Origin: Geosiphon pyriformis uo1
Lineage: Eukaryota; Fungi; Glomeromycota
Reading direction: 5' to 3'
DNA length: 64,000 nt
Assembly: GCA_016748015.1 (NCBI GenBank)
Contig: JAAOMT010000082.1
Location: 219,483 to 283,482, forward strand
Within the stretch, counting starts at the first letter, position 1, and each line of letters begins with the position of its first letter. Positions 13,789 to 28,262 of this stretch are shown here, piece after piece. Below the pieces are notes generated by a model that had not been told where the DNA came from, made no database searches, and saw only the letters and a list, made by a program, of their open reading frames with translations. The position numbers were made by a program, and so were the translations under genes.

Positions 13789-15173
13789 TTAAGTATTCAA
13801 GTTTGGTTGTTGTTCTATTATAATTATTGGTTCTAGATTTTAGGGAATATCTTCAGGATTAATTAAAGGAGAATGTGTACCAATTTGTGGAATTAATGGT
13901 TCAGGATTGTTTCTGGAATGATAATGTTTCAATCAATCTCCATGTGCAACTTTTGCTAGTATTTTGTCATCAAGTCTTAACTTGTATAATCTATTGCCTA
14001 GAATTTTGTGAATATAGAATGGTCCATCTCATTTGTTTTCAAATTTTCCACTCCATTGTTTTTCAGCCTTAGTTCTGTGTAAGAGAACTTTATTTCCAAT
14101 TTTAAATTCGTTGCTTATGGGTGGTAATTTGTTGTTGTATCTTTCTTTTTGTTGAGCTTGGGAATGTTTAATATGAGTTGCTACTATTCTTCTTTTTCTT
14201 TCCAGTATACTAAAAAGAGTGTAGACCCTTCTTTGGAGTGTTTCTTGAAAGTTCTCTTCATTAATTGGTTGTACAGGGTATGTTTCTACTGTGAAATTAA
14301 TTGGTAATATTGCTATCTTTTCATAAGTTAAATCAAATAGTGTGTGTTTATAGTATTTTGTTTTAGTGTTCTGTATGCTAGTAACACTGATAGAATAAAG
14401 ATATTTCATTCCTGCTCAAAGTCTGTTGAGACTTTGGCTAGAGATTCACACAATGTTCTATTGAAATATTCTACAAGTCTATTTGTTTGAGGATGATAAG
14501 ATAATGATAGAGGTCTTTTGACATTGAATTGTTCACAAATTTCTTGTATCAAATTGTTCACAAAATGTGTTCCTTAATCAGATAAAAGTTCAATTGGACA
14601 TCCATGTCTACAAATAATGGCTTTATAGATGAAATTTGCTACTGATTTTGCATCTGCTCTTTAAATAGCTCTAGCTTCAGACCATTTGGTGAGATAATCT
14701 ACTGCAACTGCAATATAACAATTTCCTTGGGTTGTAATAGGTAGTGGTCTGACTAAATTAATTTCAACTCTGTCAAAAAGTTGTTTAACTTTGATTGGAT
14801 TTAAAGATTCTGTGGGGTGAGTTCCTTCTTTTCTTTGACAACTATTACAAGATTCTACATATTGTCGAATATCTTTTTGCATGTGGGGCCAAAAGTAATG
14901 TTCAAGAGTTTTTTGAATTGTTCCATCTCTTCCCAAATGTGTTGAAGATGGGTCTGTATGCATGTTGTATAAAATTGTTTCTTTTTTATTTTCTTGTACT
15001 AGTCTAAATGGTTAATTTAGATTTTTGTGATTTTTGTAATAGATTTTGTTATAGTGGATGAAATATTGTTTTGCTTGTTGTTGTAATCGATGTTTTTCAC
15101 TTGGAGACCAATTCTCTGGCATGATAAGGATCTTCAAATAATTTTTGATGTTGTTGTAATTTTCTGGGTCTAT
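13789..15173 (-). pseudogene. int: A1 integrase (stand-alone ORF; start codon mutated to ATA)
   Basis: MHTDPSSTHLG…CNSC, AVDYLTKW, KQWSGKF; C-terminal EPIIIIE. Confidence 0.88.
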
Positions 15174-15238
15174 TGTTGTTGATTTTGTTGTTTGTTTGGC
15201 TAGTAGTTGGTTGGTATTTTGTTGGTTTGGTGTTGGTA

Positions 15239-18200
15239 TTATTCTTGTCTTATTTTTGAAAAGCTATCAACATTTGTGTGTAGTTTTCCTGGCTTGTAGT
15301 GCACAATGTATTTGTAGTCTGCTAAAAAATTATTCCATTGAGACTGTTTAGCACTTTGTTCTTTTTTGTTTTTATTGAGCTATTTGAGACCAATATTGTT
15401 AGTTATTATGTTAAATTCTTTTTCATTCTTCAGATATTGTTGAAAATGTTTTAGAGCCCAGATAACTGCAGCAGTTTTTAATTCAGTTGAGCCATATTTT
15501 AGTTCTGTTGGTTTGAGTGTTCTACTAGCATAGACAATGACTTGTTCTTGCCCATTTTTATCTACTTGTAATAAGATGGCACCAAATGCTATGTGTGAAG
15601 CATCAGTGGCTAGTTGAAATTATTTGTTAAAGTTTGGGTATGCAAAAACTGGGGCTGTTGTCAGCTTTGTTTTGAGAGTTTCAAATGCTTTTTGTTGTTT
15701 TTCAGTCCATTTGTATAGTACATTTTTGTTGATGAGATAATTGAGTGGTTTGACAATTTCTGAGAATCCTTTGATGAATTTTCGATAATAGGAAGCTAAT
15801 TCTACAAATTCTTATAGCTCTGTGGTATTTCTGGGTGTTTGAAAGTTTTTAACAGCACTGATTGTTCCAGGATTTGGTTTGACTTCATCTTTGCTAACAA
15901 GTATCCAAGGAAGATTAAGCTTGTTTTTTCAAAGTGATATTTCTCAATGTTTAACTTCAATCCTGCTTTCTGTAATCATTGAAAAACTTCTCGCAGGTGG
16001 ATAAGATAAGCTTCAAAGCTTGGTAAGTATACATCAGTGTTATCAAAATAGACAACTACTGATTGCCATAAGAGTTTTTCATATACAACATCCATGAGTT
16101 GTTGGAATATTGCTGGTGCATTGCAAAGTCTAAAGGGCATAACATTGAATTCATAGTTTCCTTTTTGGGTGGTAAATGCTGTTTTGGGTCAGTCTTTTGA
16201 ATCTATTTCGACTTGCCAGTATCCACTTTCCAAGTCTAAAGTTAAGAAAAACTTGGCTTTTCCTAGAGCATCTGGCATGTTATCAATTCTTGGGAGAGGG
16301 TAAGCATCTTCAATTGTCACACTGTTGAGTTGACAATAGTCTACACAGAATCTGATTTTTTCATTTTTTTTTGACCAGAACCACTGGTAAGGCCCATAGA
16401 CTTCTTAACAGTTAAATTAATTTATTATTGAGCATTCTTTGGACTTCTTCCCTAATGAATTGGTGGCTGGCTGGTAGTACTTAATAAGCTTGTTGACGTT
16501 TTAGTGAAGCATTTTTTGTGTGGATCTAATGTTGAACAATATCAGTTTTTCCTAGATCATTGTTGTCTTTGGCAAATATATCAGCAAATTCAACTATCAA
16601 CTGTTTCAATTGTCTTTGTTGTTAGGGTTCTAAGAGACTCATGTTAATTCAGGTGAGTTTTTCTTTGATTAGGTGGTAGTTTTCAGTTGTTGGCAGTATA
16701 TTTGGACTTGAAAGTAAGGTGTGTTTCACAATTTCAGTGAAATTAGAAACAATTTGAGGGTTTTTATCTTGAAAAATATTACTATGTATAATTCCAATTT
16801 CTAGTTTATTTAATAAGACAATAGGGTAATTGTTGGGGTTGTAGAATGTAACTCGAAATTTTTTTATTCCTTTGGAAATATAAACATTTAGAATTGAGAT
16901 TTCATGATTTAAACAGATTTGTTCATTGGATTTAAAGATTTGTTGGGTAGTGGTGGGTTTTGAGCAAGTGTAAATTTCATGATGTTTTCCAAAAAGTGAA
17001 ATAGTAATTGGTTGGGGAAGTTGAAGAATCTGGTAAGATTCATTCTGTGTATTAAAAGCTATGTTTACTGGCACTGTAAATTGTTCAGTTAAACCAAAAC
17101 CTTGAGTTTCTTTTTAACTTTTTCCCAATTGTTTTCTGTTTTTAACTGATTGTAAACCCAAAATGTTGATTAGAGGTAGATAAATTGTTTGGGCAATCTT
17201 TTCTGTATGCTCAATTTTGAATGGTTTTTCAGTTTCATTCTGTAGCATAATGGTGATGTCTTCAGTGTATTCTGCATTTATAATTTCTCCTTTAACATTG
17301 ATTCCTTTACTAGCTAAAAATGATCAAGAGGCAATTTGGACTATTGCTCCTGATGGAATTTTAAGAGCAATTTTCAGGTTGATTTTTGTAAAAAACTTTG
17401 ATTGAAAGATTAAAGTATTTTTGCCAGAATATCATAAATCATATTCTACATCAATTTTGTGGGCTTTTTCTGATTTGATTCTTTGGCCATGGTTGTCAAA
17501 GTATTTGAGTTGTAGGGGTGGTTGATTTTCGAGTAGATAGATAGGAGTGGTTGGTAGTTCTTCTATTAGTTCAAGTACTCCAAATTCAATTTCATTTTCA
17601 TCATTTTCATTTGGCAAAAGAATGCTAAGAGCATAGCATTCTAAACACTATTGGTCATTATAAGACATGATGCATTCTTCACACAATTGAATGTTTATTT
17701 GCTCTAATCATTAAATTTGAGCTTCTTTGGTCAGATATGTGTGGCTTGCAATTTGGTGATAGGTTTTTGTTTTATCTTCATAATCAAATCCAGCTAATTC
17801 CATGGTGTACTCAATATATTCAGCTTTTTTTATTTGGCAGACATCTTTTTGAGTGGCTCCATTAATTAAAGCTATTGCTAAGTCAAAAATCATTTCAGCA
17901 TCATGTGAGTAATAGTATAGTTTGTTGAGAGCATTATTGTATGCTGCATTAAATGGTGTTCCTCTTTTTACTTTTTCCGAGATTGATAGAGCATATTGGC
18001 AGATTTGGTCACAAACTTCTTCTCTCATTGTAACATCAATCCAGTTGTATTTTTCTGGTAGCATATCTCCACATGTAAGACAAGGGGTATTGTTCTATTT
18101 TCCACTTCTTTTTGGAGATCCAAAATGTTCTTTATGGCATACTTTGTAGAAGTAGCAGGTGCGAGTTTCATATTCCTCTTCTGGAAAAATTCATGCTCCC

Positions 18201-20856
18201 ATAAATAAAAGCTTCTTCTTGTAGTTTTTGCATTTTAGTGGAATATATGGTGGTTTTTTTTGTAGTTCTGGTGTAGAATATTTAACTTTCTTCCATCTCC
18301 TTGTTTCTTCAAAAATCTTTTGTTCTGTTTCTTTAGCCCAATTGGATGTTGATCTAAGAGCCATGTAGGTTTCAGTAATTGCTATTTCTTTCTTCTCTTC
18401 AAATTTAAATACTGGGGCTTTTTCTAATCACTTGTTAAAAGTTTCACAAATAGCAAGTACTATGGTGTATTGTTCTTGGTATGAGATTTTTAATTTTTGA
18501 GTTTCCCAGTCTAAGTTTGCATTGGCCTTAAGAAGTCAATCATTTTCAACCAGAGCTTGGTATTGGGGTACATCCATAACTAAGACTTTGACTGGAATGG
18601 TAATTCTATTAATAGTGAATAAGAAATTGTCAATTTCTCCTACTGGTGTCTTTTTCATACCATCTGTTGTAACAATTACAGTTTGGGCTGGTCTGTCAAC
18701 AGTTTTTTGAAGCTGTTGTATTAGCTGGTAGGTGATAATAATTCCAGCTAATTCACTGTTTAGAATTAATCGGATGAGTTTTTCTTCTATTGTAGCTTCA
18801 GTGTACATGGCAGTAATAGCTTTTTGTTCATTAGCTGTTATATTACTAAGCAAGAATAGTAATTTATTTGCTTCAAATTCAAATGAGAATATATCTGAAA
18901 AATTGGCATTTTGGGCAATTTGGACTGATGGAATAGTGTTGTTGGAAGGGTTTAATCTTGTTGCTGCAACTTTACTTTCAGAAAGTGCAATTTGTTGAAA
19001 AGCCGATTCTTTAGTCATTGTTAAATAACTGGGTTGAGTGTGAAAGTGATTTGGTTTTTGCTGACCAAAATTTTGGGGAACTAATTGGTTATTTGAGTTG
19101 ATTCTATTGTTATTATTCTGAAATTGATTTTGAGGTGTGAATTGGATATGTTAAACCAATTTTCTGGCTGGTACTTGATATTATTGAGTGGATTGTGTCT
19201 AATATTGCTGAATTGGTAAAGGTTGCTGATATTGTTGCTGTATTAGTTATGAAGCTAGTTGATAGTAATTGTTTTGATTTTGTGGTCTTGGTAAGTAATA
19301 AGTTGGTGGTAGAGATTGGTAATAAGATTGTTATGGTGAAGAATAACATTGATTATTTGTGTTTTGTTGGTCTCTTTGTAATTTTCTGCAATCTTGTTTC
19401 CAGTGTTCTGGAATTCCACAATAATGACAATTTTGAGATTGGTTGTTGAATAGTAATCCAGAATTGTTTTGGTTGCATTGTTGTGGGAGTTGGTATCTTT
19501 GTGGTTGTTGCTGTTGTTGTTATTGGTTTGTAAAGTAGCTTTCAACCTTTTTTGTAAGTTGGTCTATTTTCTCTTCAGCTGCTGAGCTGGTTTCTCCAAT
19601 AGCTAGATTGACAAGTTTGGTGTGATTTGCTTCTTCTATTGTCATTTTATAGTTCTTTGTATGTCTAATGGCAGTTGCTAAGTCTACTGGGGCATGTGGA
19701 CAAACTTTCTTAATTAATTTGTCTTTTAGTCTTGTTATAAACTGATCCAAAATCTGGGCATCAGAATAGTAATCATTGGTTTCCAATTGTCGAATCCATC
19801 GAAGAAGTTTGTTGAATTTTCCAAGATAGATCATGAAAGTTTTAAATGTTTCTTGTTTGATATTGTAAAAGCAATTGCAGAGAGTGATAGAAGTGTTGTT
19901 GTCAATGAATTGTTATAAGAAAGCATCTTTGAATGCTTGCCAGTTTTCAAATGGTTCTTCTAAATTTTCAAACCATTCTCCTACAGTTCCTTGAAGGAAG
20001 TATGGAATTGCTTTAAGTATTCTTGCTTCAGTTCAACCATTTGCATCTCCTGCTTTTTAAACTTTGTCAAGCCATTCTTGAGGACTGGTATTGTTATCTT
20101 CACCAGTAAATTCTGGAATCTTTGCAATATAAGCAGTTGTCATTTCTTCTTTATTTTCTGTAGTTTCTTTTTGTTCTGATTCAGTTTCTTTACTTTTCAG
20201 ACTTTCTGAATGATTACTTTCGTTTTCCTGTAAGTAATCAATAATATTGGCACTTGTTGATATTGGTTTCTGCTATTAAGTAGGATTTCTAGGTGACTGA
20301 AAATCTTCTGGTCTGAAGAAATGGTTAAGTGGTGAACTTGGTGTTTGTGATTGAGCAAATGAAATTGGAAATAGTGTAATAAAAAGTGGTAATTGACACT
20401 GGTTCTTTGTTCAGATGTTTGCAAGTATTGGGCAGTTGTCTTTTGTAGTATTGGAGTGTTTGGAGTGGTTCTTGAGTATTGCTTCAATTTTTGTTTGCCT
20501 TTGTTGCTTGTTTCTGTCTCTGATTCAAAGTCAATAGAGTATTGAGACTGTACTGGGTAATTTTCTTTACAATACTCAATAATATTAAAATTAAGTTCTT
20601 GAAAATAGGTAGCAAGTGTTTCACTGTTTAGGTCTTCTGTTCTTAATTGTGAATAGTGTACTAAATTATTGTAGAAATTGCTTCTAACTTCTGAAATGTT
20701 GTAGTTTCCAAAAAGATAATTGTTGATATGGTTTTCAATGTATTGGTATACTGATTTCTTAACAACTTCAATTCTGTCTAAGATGTTGAATTTTTGCTTG
20801 CAATGGGTGTAAATTGACTGATAATACTCTAGAGTTGTTGTGTCTGGTGTGGTCGC
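15239..20856 (-). pseudogene. gag-pol: A1 gag-pol, degenerate; its first codons lie at 61227-61233, beyond the B2 insertion
   Basis: Gag QILDQF…, protease region ~18500-18800, Cys-rich ~17640-18240, dUTPase ~17075-17510, RT/RH 15239-16600. Confidence 0.88.
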
Positions 20857-21303
20857 TGTTACAGATGATTATTTGGAGTCTCAAATCAAATAACAAATCC
20901 ATAACTTGGTGCTTTTAGTATTTTGATGATATGAGTATTATTGGTAGATTGTTGTTATCTGAAGGTTTGATTAATCTGAAGGTTTTGGGTTGAGTTTTTT
21001 GTATAATGGACAGAGATTCTTTGTCAATATTATTTACAGTTTTTTTATAAGTTGTTTCTCAATTTCTTTCTTAGCTTGGTGGCTGGATTTATTCTGGCAG
21101 TCATGCCCTTCTGGTAAGCTATCCAATAATATATATAATTCTACCCTTATTTTTGGGTCTTTTATCAGACTATCCATGATGTCAATAACTTAGTGCTTTT
21201 AATCTTTAATTAATTAGTATACAACAAAAATCAAAGAAAGAAATAAAGAAAATAAAAAAATATAAAGAAATAAGCCAAGGCAATTTGCAAGTTAGTATCC
21301 CAT

Positions 21304-22404
21304 TGTTACCCGAGTAAAAAAACCGATCCAAAGTTATGAAGAAACATGACCAAAACGTGACATAACACAGAATAACATGCAATAACGTTGGATAATGTAT
21401 TATAATGTTGAATAACGTGTTATAATGCAGAATAATACAGAATAGTATGCAATAATGTAGGATAACGTGTTATAATGCAAGATAACACAGAATAACATGT
21501 AATAACGTCAGATAACGTGTTATAACATAGGATAACTAGTGATAACATAGAAAAACAAAGCAATAACAGAAACAACAAAGCAATAGCTAGTGATAGTGAG
21601 ACAATTGAAAGCAATCCTGTAAAACCAAAAGAATGTATAAAAACAAGTAGTTGTAGAAGTAAGAAAAGACAAAAAGAAAAAAAAATAGATACGAACCTCT
21701 AGACCAGAAATTAAAATATCCATATCTTTTCATCCTTTATTATCTTTCTTATTTCATCTTCTGAAATAAATCAATTATTAAAAGAAATCAGAATTGTGAA
21801 TTCATGTTCTCAAACTTTGTGAAATTTACATGAATTAACTCTTGTCTTGTACCTCCGTTCTAGAACAGATGCTCTTAGCATAACTGCCTTAAACTTATTA
21901 ACAATTTGGACCAATCGCTTTTGATCATGGCGATTGATGATACTAATTTATCATTTCTCTCTTTTTTTTTCTTTTCTTTTCTTTTTTTTTTTCTTTTTTT
22001 TTCTGTCTTAATTTTTTTGTGGAACGGCAACATAGTAAAATTGACTGTCTAGGAATAGACTTCGTGATAGCCTGGTAAAAGAAAGAAGTTCCCCCTAAGT
22101 TTTGAATATTAACATTATCTTTTTAGCTTACCAGAAGGGCAAAAAGACAATGTCAGACCCTAACAACTGCACTCGTTAGCTTGAAAAAGAAAGCTCACAT
22201 TTACGAAAAACATTGTAATCGACGAAAGACAAACTCTGTGCCTTATAACCAAAGAACTCAATAGGTAAAATTCACATCCAGAAATAGACTTTCAGAGACT
22301 GATAATCAAGACTAAGCCGACAGAATTACGCAGAAAACGCATCATCAATAATTGAGAGCACCAAATGTTACCATTTCCCATATCCACCAAGTTTACTCAT
22401 AACA
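21304..22404 (+). repeat. C1 5' LTR
   Basis: TGTTACCCGAG…CATAACA; direct repeat of 30460-31534. Confidence 0.93.
21360..21550 (+). repeat. Family C U3 tandem array of ~9-10 bp ATAACR/ATAATR units (also ~30510-30695)
   Basis: About 20 units such as ATAACACAGA, ATAACGTTGG, ATAACGTGTT, upstream of TATAAAA at 21636. Confidence 0.85.
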
Positions 22405-22406
22405 TT

Positions 22407-22423
22407 TGGTACTCTCTGTGAGG
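22407..22423 (+). promoter_or_regulatory. Primer-binding site TGGT(G/A)CTC(T/C)CTGTGAGG, complementary to a tRNA ending …CCUCACAGRGAGCA-CCA (elongator Met or Ile-UAU-like)
   Basis: Starts 2 nt after the LTR end. The same motif occurs at 43284-43300, 11793-11809(-) and 60327-60343(-). tRNA identity rests on recalled resemblance only. Confidence 0.75.
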
Positions 22424-22466
22424 TTATAAATCCACAGAGACAGAGCACTCCTAAAAATACATAAAA

Positions 22467-25400
22467 GTGGTGACTATTGAAACAATAGGAAAAGACCACT
22501 CCTCGTATGGAAAAGCACTATTTCAATACTTTCGAAAAGACTTAGGAATACCAGCAGGAACCGCTTACACAGAAAGTGATTTTTGTAACTATATCAACAC
22601 AAAAATCGACTGCTTGTTAGGCTGCGCAACTGATACAGGAAGACTTGGAGAACAAATCCATCAAAGCTTACTAGGGTACTCAACAGCCATGACTACCCGA
22701 GCAATTGTTGAAACTCTGCGCATAATTGATACAGACATTAAATATTACATGGCACAACGATTCCCTCAAGTACAACAACCAGTGGAATCCGACCCTAAGG
22801 AATATGAAAACAAATCTAACAAACCTGTAACTGCCCAAGCCAAATCCACGGTCAACAAAAAACCAAGGGTTCTCTCCCTAACAACTTCATCATACCATCA
22901 GACACCTCAAAGTAGAATTGTATTCAACCCACCCCCGGAAACCCAGTTGGAAACACCACGAACTCCTGGAAATCCACACTCTTGGAATCAACACAGTTGG
23001 ACCAAATTACTAGAAGAATACGGATTGCTGTTTGGAAATCTTAACCCAGCAGCTGGTCAAACAGAAGGAAACCCATCAACTTGGGAACAGCCACCAGCAC
23101 AAAATTTAGCAGAATCAGCATCTCCTCTGATGAAAGAAACAGCTATCTTACAACCTATTGGTTTAAGTGACAAAGGAAAGCAACCAGCATTAGCACCCGG
23201 AAAACACTTGAATACGCAGACACCAATCCCTTTAAACATAACCAGTAACACCCCACCCATTAACTGGATCATGGCTTACCAGGATATCACTAAATTGGAA
23301 AAATTCTTTGGTGAAGAAGATAACGCATATTCTTGGATCGTGGATGCCGAGAAAGCAATTACCACTAACAGTTGGAATGATAACCGCACAGTTCAGGCAC
23401 TACCATTCTTTCTGATCAGAACTGCCAATTCGTGGTACCAGAGCCTGGCAGAAAAGCCTACCTCCTTTACCGAGTTTAAACTTGCATTTCTGCAATACTT
23501 CTGTGACCCCAATACATTAATCTGATTGCAGAATCAATTCAGCATAATTAAACAAAAAGATCATGAAGCAGTAACTACTTATTTTGGATGATTTAATCAA
23601 ATTCTGCATCAAATATTAGGTATCAAAAGGGACTACACCATGGCACAAGTTCTTAATCAATTCATTAAAGGATTGCAGAGTAGTATTCTAAGATCCGTAA
23701 GACCCTACCATCTGACCAGTTTACAAGACGCCATCACTCTCGCTCATGATTTTGAGTCTGCAGAACAAGAAGCGAACCATACCCAAGCCGTTAATTTAGC
23801 CATTAACAGAACCTCTGACATCGATGCAAAGATAACCCAATTGAGTAAGAAACTAACTCAGAAAATTGAGAGATTTTTAGCTGAAACTACAAGAACTTAC
23901 CAACCACTCCAACAGAGAGAAAATAACAACAACAGCAGATACCCACAGTAACAGAACCATCAGCAACAGCAACAATCTTGAAGATCCGATCTCCACAACT
24001 GCTACTACTGCCAAAAACCTGAACACATCGTCCGTGACTGCAGAAGGAAGATCATGGACCAAAATCAAGGAAACCCATACCAGCAACCCAGATATCAGCA
24101 AAACATGGTACCCCAATATTCCATACCTTAGAATCAACCGCCCCTATATGCACAACAGGTCTTGTACATTCAATCACCATCCCAGAATTATTATCAACCA
24201 CCACCAATAACACAAGCAATCCCTCACTATCAAACTTCCCCTTACAGCCCATCCAGACCTCGAGCTATAGACTATAATCAGAGATGGAGGAATCCCAACA
24301 ACAATCAAGTGCAAACCAACAGTAGACTGTCTCGACCAATCCTTCGCGGTCCTGTCCAATCTCGACCAACACCAACTGGATACCCAAATCAAGCTTCCTA
24401 TCTCAGTTTTATGGAAGACCAGGATTTGATAAATCTACACCTGTGGAAGGGAAGGATATAGAATGAATTTTCCAACCTTCCAAGCAAACAAAAAGCAATA
24501 TCCCACCAGCCACTATTACTGAAGACACCACCCTAGCTGCCATATTTTCTTTTAACATCGATAATTTGAACACACATAGCCTTTTTAGTGGAGCAGCCAT
24601 CAATCAGGATAAACCAATAACAGCCCTATACACCAATGCCAGAGTTGGAAGAATAGACATTAAATTAATCCTGGATAGCAGATCAGCTGGTAGCATAATC
24701 ACGAAGCAGCTCATGGACCAACTAGGTTGCCAAGTAGACCGTGCTGCTACTGCCTGGATTATTACAGCGGATGGGAACACAAAAACCCCGATAGGAGAAA
24801 TTGACAACTTCCCCTTCAAGATTAATAGAATCCAAATTCCTACCAAAGTACTCGTCATAAAAGCTACTCAATATCAAGCTCTAGTAGAAAACGACTGGTT
24901 GTCAAAAGCCAATACTACTCTCGACTGGAACACCCAAGAACTTCAACTCACATTCAACAGACAGTATGTCCGAGTCCCAGCTATATGCGAACACTTTAAA
25001 AACCAACATACTGAGGAACCCCTTATTGAATTCGAAGACACATCAATGCCACCAACCATTGAGACCTATCAGGTTTCATGGGTGGTTGATTATTGAACTG
25101 AATTACCCCTACCACCAACCTGGGAAGAAAAAGGAAAAGGCAGAGCTAAAAAAGAATCCCAATCGTCATCACTAGGATACGTAATCTCAAACCAAAGAAA
25201 CTTATTTTACCAACTCCCAAGACTAATATGTGTCAATTATGGAAAAAAACTATTCACTATGGGTGCATGTATCGGGGACAACAAAGAATGGCCCATCATC
25301 ACCAAATACTATTGCAGGCCTTGTTTACTGGAAAGATTTGGATGACCAAAATGACAAGGCAAGTGGGACCACATGCCATGTTTTGCATGTGGCGAAATCC

Positions 25401-28252
25401 TGTCAGATGAAGGACTCTGGAATGATGTGCCTGGCAGAGGAGGAACATGCGATAAGGCTTGTCAATAAACCATATTAATCAACAATTGGGTATGAAAGGG
25501 AACCTCTATCGAAGATGCTTGGAAACGAGCACTCAACAGGCTAGATGGTTATCCACACAATGACCACAAAATCTGGAGAATGGCAAGCACCAAGGCCGAA
25601 GGTGCTATGCACGAAGAAATACGAGAAATTAAGGACAACCCTTGGATGCCTGAATATACTGGACCTGACTACCCCAAGAATAATTTCTTCACAGATGACC
25701 CAAACACATTTCAGAACCAATATCAGAAATTGGCCCCAACTCGCAAGGAACAGGAGCAAAGATTGGCTGATTTGAATACCAAACTATGCAATTACTGTTT
25801 GATTCTCTGTCATTTCCAGTACTGTGATGGATGTGATCTCATGTTCAATCCGCCTCCAAGAATACTGTTTCCAATCACCGAACTACCTGAACTTGAAGAA
25901 GAAGTATTGATTACCGAGGACATGTCATTTCAAGATCCAACTGAGGATACCAAAACAAAACAGTATTTCGTGTATCCCAATCTATCCAAAGAACTAGAGC
26001 TAAAATGGTACAGTGACAACGAGGAAGGAATCTGCCCCGAAAGAGTGCATGACACCAATGCCAGTTTTGACTTATGATACCCCGGACAATCACCCATCAT
26101 TATAGCCCCACATTCCTTCGTAAAAATAGATCTTAAGATAGTGTTAGAAATTCCTGTTAGTACAATGGTACAAGTTGCCTCTTGATTTAGTCTAGCCAAG
26201 AAAAAAATCAACATAAAAGGAAGAATCATTAATGCCGGTTACATGGGAAACATCATCATGATGCTACAGAACAATTCGGACAGACTCTACAAAATAGAAT
26301 TACAAGAAAAGATTGCCCAAGCTATCTTTCTACCTTTAGTCAAAATACTCCAATTAACCCCGGTAACAACTTGAGAAGAGTTAGGCCTCATTGCCTGAGG
26401 AATCAACGGGTTTGGATCAAGTGGAAGAGGAAACATACCAGTTAATTTCACAGAGGAAGACAGTAACCAGGTAGAATTTATCCTCACCAACACCGTCATC
26501 TCTATTCTCTCATACTAACAATACATCTTCAAGATGAATTGAAAAATCCAAGATCAAGCCCTATTATTCAAAGCCAGTCTCAAAATCTGTTCCCTAGCCA
26601 ATGTTGTTAATCTATACCTACTGGCCAAAGCCCATAAACACTTCAAAATCCTCATTCACAACCCGACAGAAGATGTCATTGAAATCCCCAAAGGGACCCT
26701 TGTCGGTTCCATATCCGCAGATAGTCAGAATCCTGAAAAACCCCAGTCCATTCCAGATTTTGCACAATTATTCTTATTCTGTGACATTACCTTACAAGTA
26801 TGGAATTTGCCAAAAGAAAGTTACTTGTTTGCACCAGAAGAGATCAATAAATTGAATTTAGGAAATTTAAGTACCTTGCAACAAATGCAACTCAAAGTCC
26901 TTCTGAATCAGTATGCCAATGTCTTTGTCAGTGAAAATGAGTTCGGATGCACCGACATCGTGAAGCATCAGATTGATACAGGAGACACTCGACCAATTAA
27001 GCAATGAGCTTACCGCATACCTCCATCTGGTGATAACCTAATTAAGCAAGAAGTACAACAGATGCTTGATAACGGCCTAATCAAAGAATTGTTAAGCCCT
27101 TGGTCCTCACCAGTAGTCTTGGTTACTAAGAAAAACGGAAAAGTGCAATTCTGCATAAATTATTGAAAACTAAATAGCGTCATGCGAAGAGATAGTTATC
27201 TCACTCCCCTTATCCAGGAAATTCTGGACAATCTAGAAAAAAAAAAATGGTTCTTGTCATTAGATTTAGCAAGTGGTTACTGGCAAGTTGAAATAGACCC
27301 CAAAGACAAAGGAAAAACAGCGTTTACCACTCAAGACAGAAACTTTGAGTTTAACGTAATGCCTTTTGGACTTTGTAATGCTCCTGCCATGTTTCAACGT
27401 CTAATGGATGTAGTATATAAAGGAATCCTTTGGAAATCAGTAGTAGTCTACCTAGATGACACAAACATGTTCTCCGAAATATTCGAAGACCATCTGCTTC
27501 ACCTGCAACAAGTCTTCAAACGCCTTCATAGTGCCAGATTGAAACTCAATTCCGAGAAGTGCTTCTTTGGAAAAACTGAGTTAAAATTCCTAGGACATGT
27601 AATTGGCAAGGATGGAGTTAAACCCGATTCAGATAAAGTACAAAAAGTCAAGGATTTTTCAGCCCCAATCAACCTCAGAGAATTACAAGGATTTCTAGGA
27701 TTAGCAGGATATTATCGTCGATTTGTCAAAGATTTCTCAAACATCACAAAACCACTCTATCAATTGTTGTTCAAATACGTACCGTACTTGTGGAAGGAAG
27801 ATCAACAGAAAGCATTCGACTATCTCAAGCAGCAATTGATCACATTCCCAATCCTGATTTACCCAGATTTCACTAAATAGTTCATTGTTGCTATGAACAC
27901 CTCGAAAAATGCTCTAGGAGCAGTCTTATCACAGATAGGACTGGACAATAGAGAACACCCAGTTGCCTACGCTAGTCACAGCACTAGCCCAGCAGAAAAG
28001 AATTACAGCACAACAGATCTAGAATGTCTCACCATTTATTGGGCCATACAGATTTGGAAACATTACCTCAGTCAACCATTTGATCTATATACCAACCACA
28101 AAGGACTTATTTGGTTACTCAACAATCCACAACTAGAAGAAAAATATGTGAGATGGAGTACTTATCTGCAACAATTCCCACTCAAAGTTCATTACAAAGA
28201 AGGATCCAAGAACACCAATGCCAACAGTTTGTTGAGGATGCCACAAACCTAA
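22467..28252 (+). pseudogene. gag-pol: C1 gag-pol, degenerate
   Basis: Gag 22467-24450 with CYYCQKPEHIVRDC knuckle, LILDSRS protease, Cys-rich ~25225-25835, dUTPase ~26000-26430, RT YLDD 27182-27880 and RNase H to MPQT* at 28252. Confidence 0.92.
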
Positions 28253-28262
28253 TCCCAGACCC

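Noticed and set aside
21360-21550. U3 tandem arrays as CRISPR arrays
   Set aside because: Units are 9-20 bp with no unique spacers, lie inside LTRs, and there are no cas genes.
22060-22145. U5 motif as a twister, hairpin, pistol or hammerhead ribozyme
   Set aside because: Only partial resemblance (AAGGG, CCCTAAG, AGAA). The T2 GC pair, the NGUC/NGAA register and the CUGANGA/GAAA core are not in place across families.
22288-22303. TTCAGAGACT as a group I intron R element
   Set aside because: No P, Q or S elements seen, and the homologous B position reads CTTCAGATAC.
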